Shown here: in pieces, positions 29,476 through 39,764 of the stretch
Numbering within the stretch: the first letter of the stretch is position 1
Layout of the letters: each line of letters begins with the position of its first letter
Source: Pirellulales bacterium
GTDB taxonomy: Bacteria > Planctomycetota > Planctomycetia > Pirellulales > PALSA-1355
Length of the DNA: 64,000 nucleotides
Direction of reading: 5' to 3'
Assembly: GCA_963733035.1 (NCBI GenBank)
Contig: CAVTBU010000006.1
Location: 864,001-928,000 of the forward strand
The notes under the pieces: model-generated
What the model was told of the DNA's origin: nothing
What the model saw: the letters and a program-made list of their open reading frames with translations, nothing else
Databases searched by the model: none
Made by a program: the position numbers and the translations under genes

Positions 29476-30642
29476 TTAGCTCGGCCGGAATGCTCGCTGG
29501 GCCGCTTCGAACACGGTGCGGACGGGCAGCTTGTTCGACTCGGCGAGCTGGCGGCAGGATTCGAACTCGGGGGAGAAGCGGGTGGTGCTGCCGTCGAGCC
29601 AGGCCAGGACGCCGTCGACCTTGCCCCAGGGGGTTTCCACCTGGTGCTTCTCGCGGCGAAGTTTCTTCCGCTCGACGCGGTGGCGGCGGATGCCGAGGGT
29701 GGTCGTTTCGCGAAACAGGATTTCCTCGACGGCGGGAATCAAGTTGGCATCGCACAAGACGCTGAGCGTGACGCCGGGCCGGTTCTTTTTCATCTGAATG
29801 GCGGTGGTGTAGACATCGAGCGCGCCGGCTTCCCACAGGCGGCCAATCGCATGGCCGACGAACTCGCCGCTCGTGTCGTCGAGGTTGGTTTCCACGAGCC
29901 AGAGCAATTCGCTCGCGGGCTGGTCGGCACTTTCGCCCACCAGCAGTCGCAGCACGTTTGCCTGCTCGTCGAGATCCTTTTGTCCGGCGCCGTAACCGAT
30001 TTGTTCGATCGTCATTGCCGGCACGGGACCGTAGCTGTCGACCATGGCCGCGAGGATGGCCGCGCCGGTCGGCGTGGTGAGTTCGCAATCGACACGCGAG
30101 GCGGCCAGCGGCACGCCGCGCAACAGTTCGGCCGTCGCGGGAGCCGGAATCGAGCAGCGTCCGTGGGCGATCTCGACGAAGCCGGTTCCGGTGGGGACGG
30201 CCGACGCCACGATCCGCTCGACGCCGAGCAGGTCCCAGCCGACGGCGGCCCCAACGATGTCGCAAATCGAATCGACCGCGCCGACTTCGTGGAAGTGCAC
30301 CTTTTCGATTGTGGAGTTGTGCACCTTGGCTTCGGCCTCGGCCAGCTTGCGAAAGATCCGCCCGGCCAGGTCTTTCTGCCGCTGGCTGAGCATGCTCCCC
30401 TCGATCATGGCCGTGATGTGATGGAGGTGGCGGTGCTTGTGTTCCGGTTCGTGCTCAACGGTGATTTGCGTGGCGCGAAAGCCCTTCTTCTTGACCGTCT
30501 CGGCGAGCAGCCGCACGTTCGACCAACCGAGCGAGCCGATGGCACGATTCAGCGCGTCGAGGCTGACACCCACGTCAACAAGGGCTCCCAGCGTCATGTC
30601 GCCGCTAATGCCGCTGGCACAATCGAGGTACGCGATTTTCAT
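29476..30642 (-). CDS. larC: Nickel-pincer cofactor biosynthesis protein (Ni insertase)
   Basis: YLDCASGISGDMTLGAL, His-rich HEPEHKHRHLHH, VHFHEVGAVDS, ELTTPTGAA, ETNLDD, MKKNRPG, ETTTLGIR. Confidence 0.95.
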   Translation of the reverse strand: MKIAYLDCASGISGDMTLGALVDVGVSLDALNRAIGSLGWSNVRLLAETVKKKGFRATQITVEHEPEHKHRHLHHITAMIEGSMLSQRQKDLAGRIFRKLAEAEAKVHNSTIEKVHFHEVGAVDSICDIVGAAVGWDLLGVERIVASAVPTGTGFVEIAHGRCSIPAPATAELLRGVPLAASRVDCELTTPTGAAILAAMVDSYGPVPAMTIEQIGYGAGQKDLDEQANVLRLLVGESADQPASELLWLVETNLDDTSGEFVGHAIGRLWEAGALDVYTTAIQMKKNRPGVTLSVLCDANLIPAVEEILFRETTTLGIRRHRVERKKLRREKHQVETPWGKVDGVLAWLDGSTTRFSPEFESCRQLAESNKLPVRTVFEAAQRAFRPS

Positions 30643-30815
30643 CGAGTTTGCCTGGGGCTCAATCTGGAAGGAATCAAGAGGTTTTGAATTCTAACACGAG
30701 GCGTCCGCCGCACGAGTGCAATGCGGCCGGCGTCGCGCAGGCGAGCCGCATCGACGCATCTGGCCCGTAGGTCTGGTTTGCTTCGTTGTGGCCTCCCGCC
30801 TACCATTGGGCCATC

Positions 30816-31196
30816 ATGTCAGACGATCAAACCACGATTGCCGAACTCAAGCAACTGGTTGCCGGGTTTGTCGAGGCGCGGCAATGGCAGCCGTTTCATA
30901 CACCCAAGAACCTTGCGATGGCACTGGCCATCGAGGCGGCCGAGTTGATGGAGCATTTCCAGTGGCTCAATCTGGACGAGTCCGCCGCCGTGGCAGAGGA
31001 TTCGGCCAAACGGAGCGCCGCCGGCGAGGAACTGGCCGACGTGCTGTGTTACGCCCTGGCGATGGCCAATGCACTGGGACTCGACGTGAGCCAGGCCATG
31101 CATGCCAAGATGGAGAAGAATGTCCGCAAATACCCGGTCGAGGAGTTTCGCGGCCGCTGGGGCGCGGAGGATTCTCGCCAACCCAGGTCAGAATGA
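30816..31196 (+). CDS. MazG-like nucleotide pyrophosphohydrolase (DCTPP1-like)
   Basis: RQWQPFHTPKNLAMALAIEAAELMEHFQW...EELADV...KYP. Confidence 0.9.
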   Translation: MSDDQTTIAELKQLVAGFVEARQWQPFHTPKNLAMALAIEAAELMEHFQWLNLDESAAVAEDSAKRSAAGEELADVLCYALAMANALGLDVSQAMHAKMEKNVRKYPVEEFRGRWGAEDSRQPRSE

Positions 31197-31247
31197 CCGC
31201 GGCAAGAATGAAAGCACGGCCGGCTCGCCGAGCGCTGGGTTTGGGTG

Positions 31248-31718
31248 TTAAACCGCACTCGATCGCGTGGCGTCGACAATGGCATTCAGGTCGGTCGTGA
31301 CGCGGGTCCAGGCATCGTGGCCGAAGCGGTTGATTAGATGCGATTGAGCCTGTTCCCAAAACGGTGCCGAGCGAATTAAGGCCGCCTGACCGGCTGGCGT
31401 CACTTCGACCGATTTGTGCTTGCCGCTGTCGTCCGGCGAGAACTGCAGCAAACCCATGTTCATCAGGGGTTTCAGGTTGCGCGTCAGCGTCGAACGGTCC
31501 ATGACCAGTTCGCGAGCCAGCCGCGCGATGCTGCTGGGTCCAACCAGTTGGCTGGTGATCAAGATGACCAGCTGGGTCGACCGGAGGCCCGTGGGAGCCA
31601 GAATCTGATCGAACAGTTGTGTCACACTTCGTGACGCTTTGCGGAAATTGAAACACGCGCAGGTGCGGGCCATTTCGGCCAATTTCTTGTCGTCAATTTC
31701 CGGAATATCGCAGGACAT
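31248..31718 (-). CDS. MarR family transcriptional regulator
   Basis: CACFNFRKASRSVTQLFD...MDRSTLTRNLKPL...AAPFW-like C-terminus. Confidence 0.92.
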   Translation of the reverse strand: MSCDIPEIDDKKLAEMARTCACFNFRKASRSVTQLFDQILAPTGLRSTQLVILITSQLVGPSSIARLARELVMDRSTLTRNLKPLMNMGLLQFSPDDSGKHKSVEVTPAGQAALIRSAPFWEQAQSHLINRFGHDAWTRVTTDLNAIVDATRSSAV

Positions 31719-31962
31719 AAGAGGTTATGGTAAATTATGCGGACCTGGAATGCAATCCTCGTTGCGACGAACTTTTACTGTACTAAACAATGCGATCGTC
31801 TCTGCCGGCGTGCCAGCATCCAGATTGAGAAACATGATGCCGGCAGGCACAGCGGTTAATCTACCAGAGCAATGGCCCGGCACTGCGAAGCACCTTCGCG
31901 CGGGAAATCATCGGGCCGACGATGATCGGCGGTCAAGAAGCGCCACAACCAAAGGATAAGTT

Positions 31963-32658
31963 ATGGCCGAGGACTTTGCACCCTATTTGGCGCCAACCCC
32001 GTTCGTCCAGAGCGATGCACCGGCGATCGCCGGGCTGGCCCGCGAGGTGGTTGGCACCGCCAGCCACGACGTGGAGCGTGCCTGCCGGCTGTTTTATGCG
32101 GTTCGCGACGGGATTCGCTACGACGCGTATAACATCGTGGTGAGCCGGCAGACGCTGACGGCTACCCATGTGCTGGAGGCCGGCCAGTCGTGGTGCGTGC
32201 CAAAGAGCGTGCTTTTGGCAGCCGTTTGCCGAGCGGTCGGAATTCCCTGTCGCTTGTGCTATGCCAACGTGTGCAATCACATGGCGACCAGGAAGCTGCT
32301 CGATTTTCTGGGCACCAACGTCTTCTATTACCACGGGTACAACGAGATCTTTCTGGGCGGTCGGTGGGTGAAGGCAACCGTATCGTTCAATCGCACGCTG
32401 TGCGAAAAGGCGGGGCTTGCGCCGCTCGAATTCGATGGCGAGCACGACTCGATCTACCATCCGTACGACCTTGCCGGGCAGAAATACATGGAGTACCTGC
32501 AAGATCACGGGCACCATGCGGACGTACCCTACGACGATATTGTGCGGACGTTCGAGGACCGTTACCCGAACGTGCAGAAGTTGGCCGCGAAAGGGACCGG
32601 GCTGAAAGGCGACTTTGCGGCCGAACTTGCCGCCGAATCGGTCGAAAACGGCCGCTGA
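31963..32658 (+). CDS. Transglutaminase-like superfamily protein
   Basis: YLAPTPFVQSD, LFYAVRDGIRYD, WCVPKSVLLAAVCRAVGIP, HGYNEIFLGGRWVKAT. Confidence 0.9.
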   Translation: MAEDFAPYLAPTPFVQSDAPAIAGLAREVVGTASHDVERACRLFYAVRDGIRYDAYNIVVSRQTLTATHVLEAGQSWCVPKSVLLAAVCRAVGIPCRLCYANVCNHMATRKLLDFLGTNVFYYHGYNEIFLGGRWVKATVSFNRTLCEKAGLAPLEFDGEHDSIYHPYDLAGQKYMEYLQDHGHHADVPYDDIVRTFEDRYPNVQKLAAKGTGLKGDFAAELAAESVENGR

Positions 32659-32841
32659 ACGATCAAGGGGTCGCGGGCAAGCAGCGTAGCGGTGGTAACG
32701 ATTGGCGCGAAGCCAGTCAGGCGGCACCAGGCCGAAATCAAATGGCCGGGTGGCAGATCGCCATCCCATCTGTCGGGCGTCATTTGACGGTCCAGCCGAG
32801 TGTACTACGTTTCTGTTGAGCACCCTGAAGGAGTTCGGTGG

Positions 32842-33528
32842 ATGGAACAGAAAACCGTAAAGTCACGGCGTTGGATTTCGGCGCCGGGAGTCATCGGCTG
32901 GCTCAGTGTTTGCCTATTAGCCGGCGCATACGGCCATACGCTCGACGCGCGTTGGCAACAACTTTGGGCTGAAATGGGCTCGCTGGGTTTGGCCGCGGCC
33001 TTGGGCCTGGGGAGCATCGACCGACTGCGTCAGGCTCGTCTAAAGCGGCTGCGCGATTTGGCCCTGCAAGCGCGATTTGAGTTTGGGCTCGACCGCTTGC
33101 ATCAACACCGGGCGACGATCGATTCGATCAATGCCGCCGTGCGACAACTGGCGCAACAAGCGAGCACCGAGGTACGTGGCAAAATCGGCACCGCGACGCG
33201 CAATCGCCGCCGCGATCAGATTGAGTTGCTCGCCGATTACCCGCTCGAAATCGTACCGGTGGACGAGCGCGACGAAACCAGCCGACTGCTGCCGCCGATT
33301 GTCGGCACGCTTCAGCAAGTTTCGTCGCGGGTGGTTTCGTTTGAGCACATCGAACCCATCCACGCGCATACGGTGATGCTCAACTTTCGCACGGGTCAGC
33401 GTCGGCTGTCATTCGTGGTCGAAGTTGCCTGGACCCAGAAAGTCGACGGGGCATATTGCAGCGGAGGCACTGTCTTGGCCGTGGGCGTGCCGAGCGAAGA
33501 AGCCGATCGCGAGACGGTGACGGGATAG
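32842..33528 (+). CDS. Membrane protein with degenerate PilZ-like C-terminal domain
   Basis: AAGGAG RBS; two TM helices, coiled coil, then NRRRDQ...IVPVD...QVSSRVVSFEH...VEVAW...YCSGG. Confidence 0.65.
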   Translation: MEQKTVKSRRWISAPGVIGWLSVCLLAGAYGHTLDARWQQLWAEMGSLGLAAALGLGSIDRLRQARLKRLRDLALQARFEFGLDRLHQHRATIDSINAAVRQLAQQASTEVRGKIGTATRNRRRDQIELLADYPLEIVPVDERDETSRLLPPIVGTLQQVSSRVVSFEHIEPIHAHTVMLNFRTGQRRLSFVVEVAWTQKVDGAYCSGGTVLAVGVPSEEADRETVTG

Positions 33529-33892
33529 AGTGGCGTTCGGCCGCGAATTCACCGCGGCTCCCTGGGCCGGCTGATGCGCGCGTCTGCGTGCTAGCAATTC
33601 ACGCGGTGTGACTTGCCCCGGCTCCGATCCCGTTAGCGAAGCTTTACGGGCCGTTCTTAGCGTGCTGGTTGCCCAAAAACTTCGGTTTGGGTGAGGATCG
33701 CCGGGGGCGCGATCCGAATATCGAGTATAGGCAGGTCGTCTCGCCCGTCTGACCCAAGTCGCCAAGTAACCTGCCCGGTTATCCCGTCACCGATCGTTTC
33801 CCATCATCGGGCGCACGCAGCTCGCCGCCAGAAGACCCACTTACTGGGCGGAAAGAGCCGTCGCGCTTGCGTCAACGCACAAGGAAGTAGAC

Positions 33893-34519
33893 ATGCGAGT
33901 TTTCATTGCCGCTGGCCTGACCGCGGCGACGGTCTTGTTGGCGGGCACCGGTTGCTCGACCATGAAAATGCCGTCCCTACCGAAGTTCGGAAAAAGTAAG
34001 AAGGCGGCCGATACTTCCAAGTTGGCAAACGCGCCGCCGGCTCCTCCGTTCGGCTCGACGGCCGGCACGGCGCCGAACGTCACGATGCCCGGGGCGACAT
34101 CGGCGCCCAACTACCCGGTCTATCCGGGGACGACCTATCCGCAAACGCCGTATCCCGCGGCCACGGTGGCGGCGACCGCTCCGGCGCCGACCTACACCGC
34201 GGCCGTGCCGAACTATAGCAATGCGACTGCGTATGGTTCCATGCCGCCGAGCGCCCCGACGGCGACGCCCGCTAATCCGTACGCGGCGTATCCGCCAGCC
34301 GCCGGCCCGGCAGCTTCGCCCTATGCCGCGCCTGCGGCACCGGGTTATGCCCAGCAGCCGCCGAATCCATACGCAGCACCACCGGCGAATCCTTATGGAC
34401 AACAACCGCCATCTGGCTACGCCGCGCAAGGGGCACCTTCATATGCTCCGCCGAGTAATCCCTACGCCGCGCCGGCAGCACAGAATGCCGCCAATCCGTA
34501 CGGCAACGTGACGCGTTAA
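33893..34519 (+). CDS. Pro/Ala/Tyr-rich lipoprotein with NPY repeats
   Basis: Lipobox-like AGTGC; low-complexity tail with repeated (N/S)PY(A/G). Confidence 0.75.
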   Translation: MRVFIAAGLTAATVLLAGTGCSTMKMPSLPKFGKSKKAADTSKLANAPPAPPFGSTAGTAPNVTMPGATSAPNYPVYPGTTYPQTPYPAATVAATAPAPTYTAAVPNYSNATAYGSMPPSAPTATPANPYAAYPPAAGPAASPYAAPAAPGYAQQPPNPYAAPPANPYGQQPPSGYAAQGAPSYAPPSNPYAAPAAQNAANPYGNVTR

Positions 34520-34764
34520 TCACCGCAAATAGCGCAGCAAGCGCGCTTTAGCCAATCGACACACGGCCCGGACATCTCCTCGCGAGTTCCGGGCCGTGTT
34601 CGTTTTGCGCGGTGGCGGGTGCCCCCTGGCGGGCTGCTTGCCGCGACAGGTAACATGAGGGGGGAATCACGCCTCGTGCCAGTTTTGCGGTCGGCGTCTC
34701 GAACATGCAGCGCAACAGTCACGTTCATTTCAGCGATCAGACGCATCATGCGGCCGAAAGTCCG

Positions 34765-35682
34765 ATGTTGCTCACGTTCGAGCACGTGACTAAGTTCTAC
34801 GGCGCCGTGATCGGCATCAACAACGTCAGCTGCCGCATCGGCCCGGGCATCACCGGACTGCTGGGAGCCAACGGCGCGGGCAAGAGCACGCTCATCAAGC
34901 TTGCCAGCGGGCAGCTGCGGCCCAGTCAGGGCAAAGTCCAAATTGGCGGACGCGACGCCTGGGGCACCGCCGCCAAACATCATTTGGGCTACAGTCCCGA
35001 CATCAACAGCTTCTACGAGGAAATGACCGGCCGAGAGTTCGTTTACGCCATGGCTCGCCTGCACGGTTATTCGCGCCGCGAAGCCCGCGAACGAACCGAG
35101 CACGTGTTGGACGAGGTGGGAATGGTCGAACGGGGGAATCGGCGATTGGCCGGCTGCAGCCATGGCATGCGGCAGCGGATCAAGCTGGCTCAGGCGCTGG
35201 TCCACGATCCCTGGCTGCTCTTGCTCGACGAACCGCTGTCGGGCATCGATCCTGGCGGACGGCGCGAAATCAACGAACTGTTGTTCCGTTTGGCCGAGCA
35301 GGGCAAAACGATTTTGGTGTCGAGTCATATCCTCTTCGAGATCGAGCAGCTGTGCGATTCGATTCTGATGATGTCTCGGGGAAGACTCATTGCCTCGGGC
35401 ACCTTGGCCGAGGTTCGGCAAATGATGCGGCACCGGCCGCAGGTGGTTGAGATTGCCGCCGAGCCGGTTCGGAGATTGGCCTCGTTGCTTGCCGAGTACC
35501 CGGATGTGCTGGCGGTCGAGGTGCGAGAAGGGTCGTTGGTGGTCAAGACGCGCAACCCGCTCGATTTCTTTGCGCGTGTGGGAGACCTGGTGTGCGGGCA
35601 GGGGATTGAAGTACGGCGGATGCAAACGCTCGATTCCGGCGCGGATGCGGTGTTCGACTACCTGGAACAGGGGCCGCGATGA
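34765..35682 (+). CDS. ABC transporter ATP-binding protein
   Basis: GANGAGKST, SHGMRQR, LLLDEP, SSH. Confidence 0.93.
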   Translation: MLLTFEHVTKFYGAVIGINNVSCRIGPGITGLLGANGAGKSTLIKLASGQLRPSQGKVQIGGRDAWGTAAKHHLGYSPDINSFYEEMTGREFVYAMARLHGYSRREARERTEHVLDEVGMVERGNRRLAGCSHGMRQRIKLAQALVHDPWLLLLDEPLSGIDPGGRREINELLFRLAEQGKTILVSSHILFEIEQLCDSILMMSRGRLIASGTLAEVRQMMRHRPQVVEIAAEPVRRLASLLAEYPDVLAVEVREGSLVVKTRNPLDFFARVGDLVCGQGIEVRRMQTLDSGADAVFDYLEQGPR

Positions 35683-36437
35683 AATTACTCAGGGCCTGGA
35701 GCACGCTGGTTGCGCTGTCGTTCACGCGGCTGTTCTGGTCGAGCAGCATGCTGATGGTACTGCTGCCGCTCGCCGGCTGCCTGCTTTTCGTATTGCGCCG
35801 GCACTACAACCATCCGCTGTTCACGCAGGACGAATTCCGTGAGTTCAGCGAATTCATGATCGTGGTGTTCGCGTCGTTCGTGGTGCCGATTTGCGCCTTG
35901 GCGTTTGGCACGGCCAGCGTGGGAGGTGATCGCGAGGACCGCACGCTGGTGTTCCTGCTTGTGCGGCCGATTCCGCGGTGGTTGATTCTGTTGGCCAAGT
36001 TCGCCGCGACGTTGCCGCTTGTGCTGGGCCTGGTCGTCGGCAGCTATTGGCTCTACTGCCGCCTGGCCGGAGCGGTCGGCCAGGTGGCGTTCGAGCTTTA
36101 CTTGCCGGCTGTCGTCTACATGACGTTGGCCTACGTTTGCCTGTTTCACTTGTTCGCCGTGGCGTTTCGTCATGCCACGATTATCGCCCTGGTGTATGCC
36201 GTCTTCATGGAGACGCTGATCGGCAACCTGCCGGGAATCGTCAAGCGCGTGGCTGTGAACTACTACGGCCGCTCGATTCTGTATGATGCGGGTAGCAGCG
36301 ACGGAGTGCGGCTGCCGAAAGGTTTCGAGGCCCTGTCGGTCGAGGTGGCCAGTTGGGCCCTGGCGGGCATTGCCGCGGGCGGACTGATCCTGGCGTGCGT
36401 CATCTTTGCACGCCGCGAGTATCGCGATTTGACGTAA
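35679..36437 (+). CDS. ABC-2 type permease
   Basis: ATGA overlap with the ATPase; GGDREDRTLVFLLVRPIPR motif; about 6 TM helices. Confidence 0.88.
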   Translation: MKLLRAWSTLVALSFTRLFWSSSMLMVLLPLAGCLLFVLRRHYNHPLFTQDEFREFSEFMIVVFASFVVPICALAFGTASVGGDREDRTLVFLLVRPIPRWLILLAKFAATLPLVLGLVVGSYWLYCRLAGAVGQVAFELYLPAVVYMTLAYVCLFHLFAVAFRHATIIALVYAVFMETLIGNLPGIVKRVAVNYYGRSILYDAGSSDGVRLPKGFEALSVEVASWALAGIAAGGLILACVIFARREYRDLT

Positions 36438-36456
36438 TGCCGCCGGATTGGTTCGG

Positions 36457-37350
36457 CTACTCGACGACGTCGACGGTGCGCACGCGGTGGACCAGCGCGG
36501 CTAGCGCCACGCCGCACACGACGGTGAGCAGCGCCAGGGCACACCAGGCCAAATCTTGCTCGGTATCGGTGCGAAACGATCCGAAGCACATTCGGCCCAC
36601 CGTGCGCATGTCCCACCAGGGGTCGAGCAAGCGCCAGGCTTCGTTGTCGGTCGCACGTCGCAAATACCCGGCCAATACGCCCAACAAGAAGAAGATCGTG
36701 GCCCAGGTGATGGTAATCGGCACGATTCGCTGCAAGTAGGCCGACAGCGTTACCAGCAGGACGCTGTTGACGATGCACAGCACCAGCCCAAACATCAGCA
36801 CGGCCACGGGGATCTGCCAATTGTCAATCCAGTATTGCGTCGATGCCGTGAACATGCCGTATTCCATGAAGAGCAGCAGTGCCGGGAGGATCGTGAGAAT
36901 GGCAACCAGCGTGCTTACGGCCAACAGCTTGCCGACGATATAGTGCCGTCGATCGATGCGCCGCGAGAGATAAAATGGCAGCGTCTTGAGGCGAAAGTCG
37001 GCACCGACCAGCAGACTGCCGGAAAACGCCAGCAAGATCATCACCACGATCTGCTGGCCTTCCATGAAGCGAATGTAACCGTTGTTCTGGTCGACGTCGC
37101 TGCTGGCGGTGAACCCGAACTCTTTGAGGAACATTTGGCTCATCTCCTCGGGCAGCGGCAGTTGCGTCACCGCCCAGATGATGCTCCAAAAGGCCAGAAA
37201 TCGAAACGTGCCTATACCCAGCACGACCCAATAGGCCTTGTTTCGTAAGACTTGCACGACCGCCACGCGGACCATCGCCAGGCAGGCGGTCCATGGAGAT
37301 CGCAAGCGATGGTCTTCCCAGCCGTGATAGCGAGCTCGATCGAGATCCAT
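36457..37350 (-). CDS. ABC-2 type permease
   Basis: GSLLVGADFRLKTLPFYLSRRIDRRHYIVGK; multiple TM helices. Confidence 0.88.
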   Translation of the reverse strand: MDLDRARYHGWEDHRLRSPWTACLAMVRVAVVQVLRNKAYWVVLGIGTFRFLAFWSIIWAVTQLPLPEEMSQMFLKEFGFTASSDVDQNNGYIRFMEGQQIVVMILLAFSGSLLVGADFRLKTLPFYLSRRIDRRHYIVGKLLAVSTLVAILTILPALLLFMEYGMFTASTQYWIDNWQIPVAVLMFGLVLCIVNSVLLVTLSAYLQRIVPITITWATIFFLLGVLAGYLRRATDNEAWRLLDPWWDMRTVGRMCFGSFRTDTEQDLAWCALALLTVVCGVALAALVHRVRTVDVVE

Positions 37351-37409
37351 GTTGACAGGTGGGTGAAGGAGTGAATGCCCCGGTTCGGACAACCGGGAAG
37401 GGAGTGGAA

Positions 37410-38351
37410 CTAGGCAGCAGGGACTTCAGGCTCCTCGGCCGTCACGCGGAAGAACAGACGCTCGAGGTTTTCCTCGTCGGCCTTGAGCTCGGTGACCACG
37501 GCATCGGACGAGCGGGCCAGTTCGAAGAATCGCCGCGTGCCAAAATCGTCGGGAACGAGCACCATGATTTTGTTTTGGCCAGTTTCGTCGGGGTCGGCAA
37601 AGCGGGCGCCGGCTGAAGCGAGCGCGCGACGAAAGCCTTCGTTCGAGCCGGACCAGCTTAATTCCCACCGTCCAGAGATTTGCGCCCGCATCGAATCCAT
37701 CGTTCCGGCACGGACCACCGTGCCGCGGTCGAGCACGACGATCTGCTGGCAGAGTCGCTCGACGTCGCCCAGCAAATGCGTGCAGAGGATGACACTCTTG
37801 CCGGTTTCGGCGATGAGGTCTTCCAGCAGGGCGAGCATTGCCATCCGACCGGCCGGATCGAGGCCGTTGGTTGGTTCGTCGAGCAGCAGTAGCTGCGGAT
37901 CATGCACCAGCGCCGCAGCCAATTTGAGTCGCTGCAAGTTGCCGCTGGAGTACTCCTCGAGCCGGCGATAGCGCAGCTCGCCAAGCCCGACGTAGTTGAG
38001 CACCTCGTGGGCGCGACGTTTGGCATCGCGGTGCGGCATGCCGTAGAGATCGCCGGCAAACGCCACGAACTCGACGCCCTTGAGCATTGGCACGATGGCT
38101 GCGGCCTCTGGCATGTAGCCGACGCGTCCGCGCAATTCGCGCGAGCCGCGGCGGATGTCGCATTCGAGGATGGTACCTTCGCCCTTGTCGGGTTCGAGCA
38201 GGCCGAGCAGGACTTTTAGCAGCGTGGACTTGCCGGCGCCGTTGTTGCCCACCAGGCCGACCGTGCCGGCATGCAGCGAAAGGTTCACATCGCGTAGAGC
38301 CTGGACGCTGCCAAAACTGCGGCTGACATGGTGTATATCGACGATCTGCAT
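37410..38351 (-). CDS. ABC transporter ATP-binding protein
   Basis: GNNGAGKST, YSSGNLQR, LLLDEPT, CTH. Confidence 0.93.
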   Translation of the reverse strand: MQIVDIHHVSRSFGSVQALRDVNLSLHAGTVGLVGNNGAGKSTLLKVLLGLLEPDKGEGTILECDIRRGSRELRGRVGYMPEAAAIVPMLKGVEFVAFAGDLYGMPHRDAKRRAHEVLNYVGLGELRYRRLEEYSSGNLQRLKLAAALVHDPQLLLLDEPTNGLDPAGRMAMLALLEDLIAETGKSVILCTHLLGDVERLCQQIVVLDRGTVVRAGTMDSMRAQISGRWELSWSGSNEGFRRALASAGARFADPDETGQNKIMVLVPDDFGTRRFFELARSSDAVVTELKADEENLERLFFRVTAEEPEVPAA

Positions 38352-38507
38352 GCCGAAAACCGCGGTCGAATCGGGCGTCTGCGCTGGTGTACTGGGGCTC
38401 GGGTGAATGATACCATTGAAGTCTACCCTGGACCACGCCCCGCGGTTTTGCGCCGCGCCAGCCATCCGACTCACCACTCGCTTTTGTCCCAAACGTGGAG
38501 CCTTCGC

Positions 38508-39689
38508 ATGCGTCTTGCTGTCCCGGCACTGATTGGCATCCTGTTGTTTTCTTCGCCGGCTTTGGCCGGCCCCGAATACCACGAAGAACTCGTCTTTCCG
38601 CTTAACCCGCAGCACAACCACGCTCCGGGAATCGTGGAATGTCCGAATGGCGACTTGTTGGTCTCTTGGTATCGCGGATCTGGCGAACGCAGTGCCGATG
38701 ACGTAGCGGTGCTTGGCGCGCGGCTGCCAAAGGGCGCGAGTACCTGGAGCGAGCCGTTTGTCTTGGCGGACAATCCGGAGTTTCCCGACTGCAATACCTG
38801 CATGATGATCGACCACAAGGATAAGCTCTGGCTGTTCTGGCCGATCATCTTGGACAACCACTGGGAATCGGCGCTGACCAACTATCGCACGTCGACCGAC
38901 TACGAAGGCCCCGGCGCGCCGAAGTGGGATTGGCAAGGCGTCGTGTGGCTCAAGCCCGAGGACTTCAAGGACGAAGCCCTGACGCTATTTGCCGAGGGCC
39001 TCAAGAAGTTTCCCAAACCCGCGGCCGAGCGAATCAAAAAAGAGTACGGTGGCGAGTTGGAAAAACGGTTGGCCGACAAACTGTACCAGCGATTGGGCTG
39101 GCAGCCGCGCTGCAAGCCGACCATTCTGTCGACGGGCCGCATCGTGCTGCCGCTCTATAGCGATACGTATTCTTTTGGAATCATGGCGCTGAGCGACGAC
39201 GGTGGTGAGCATTGGTATGCCAGCAAACCGCTGATGGGCTTTGGCAACATTCAGCCGGCCGTGCTCGAGCGCAAAGACGGTTCGCTGGTGGCCTACATGC
39301 GCGAAAACGGCGTCACTGATAAGATCCGCGTCGCCGAGTCGACCGACGGCGGCAAGACCTGGGGGCCGGTCGGCGAGTTGGACATGCCGAACCCCGGCTC
39401 GGGACTGGATGCGGTGAAGCTGGCCAACGGCCACTGGGTGTTGATTCATAACGACACGACGCGGGGTCGCAATAGCCTGGCTGTTTCGCTGTCGGAGGAC
39501 GAGGGAAAGACCTGGAGCCATGTGCGGCACCTGGAAAAGCATCCCAAGGGGTCGTACCACTACCCGGCCATCATCCAGGGGAAGGACGGGACGATCCATG
39601 CGATTTACAGTTACTTTGTCGAGGGGGGCAAATCGATGAAGCATGCCGCCTTCAACGAAGATTGGATCAAGGCCGGCGACCCCCAGTAA
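38508..39689 (+). CDS. Secreted exo-alpha-sialidase-like / BNR repeat protein
   Basis: Signal peptide; HNHAPGIVECPNGDL, SDDGGEHW, STDGGKTW, SEDEGKTW, YHYP. Confidence 0.87.
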   Translation: MRLAVPALIGILLFSSPALAGPEYHEELVFPLNPQHNHAPGIVECPNGDLLVSWYRGSGERSADDVAVLGARLPKGASTWSEPFVLADNPEFPDCNTCMMIDHKDKLWLFWPIILDNHWESALTNYRTSTDYEGPGAPKWDWQGVVWLKPEDFKDEALTLFAEGLKKFPKPAAERIKKEYGGELEKRLADKLYQRLGWQPRCKPTILSTGRIVLPLYSDTYSFGIMALSDDGGEHWYASKPLMGFGNIQPAVLERKDGSLVAYMRENGVTDKIRVAESTDGGKTWGPVGELDMPNPGSGLDAVKLANGHWVLIHNDTTRGRNSLAVSLSEDEGKTWSHVRHLEKHPKGSYHYPAIIQGKDGTIHAIYSYFVEGGKSMKHAAFNEDWIKAGDPQ

Positions 39690-39764
39690 AGTCGATCGAA
39701 AGTAGCCTTGTCGTCCGTCTGCCATTGCTCGTTTCGCATCTTCCACCGGGAGTTTGATTTCGCC

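Noticed and set aside
37410..38936. 508-aa extended ABC ATPase overlapping the sialidase-like gene
   Set aside because: The extension is antisense to the neighbour; the ATPase domain starts at 38351.
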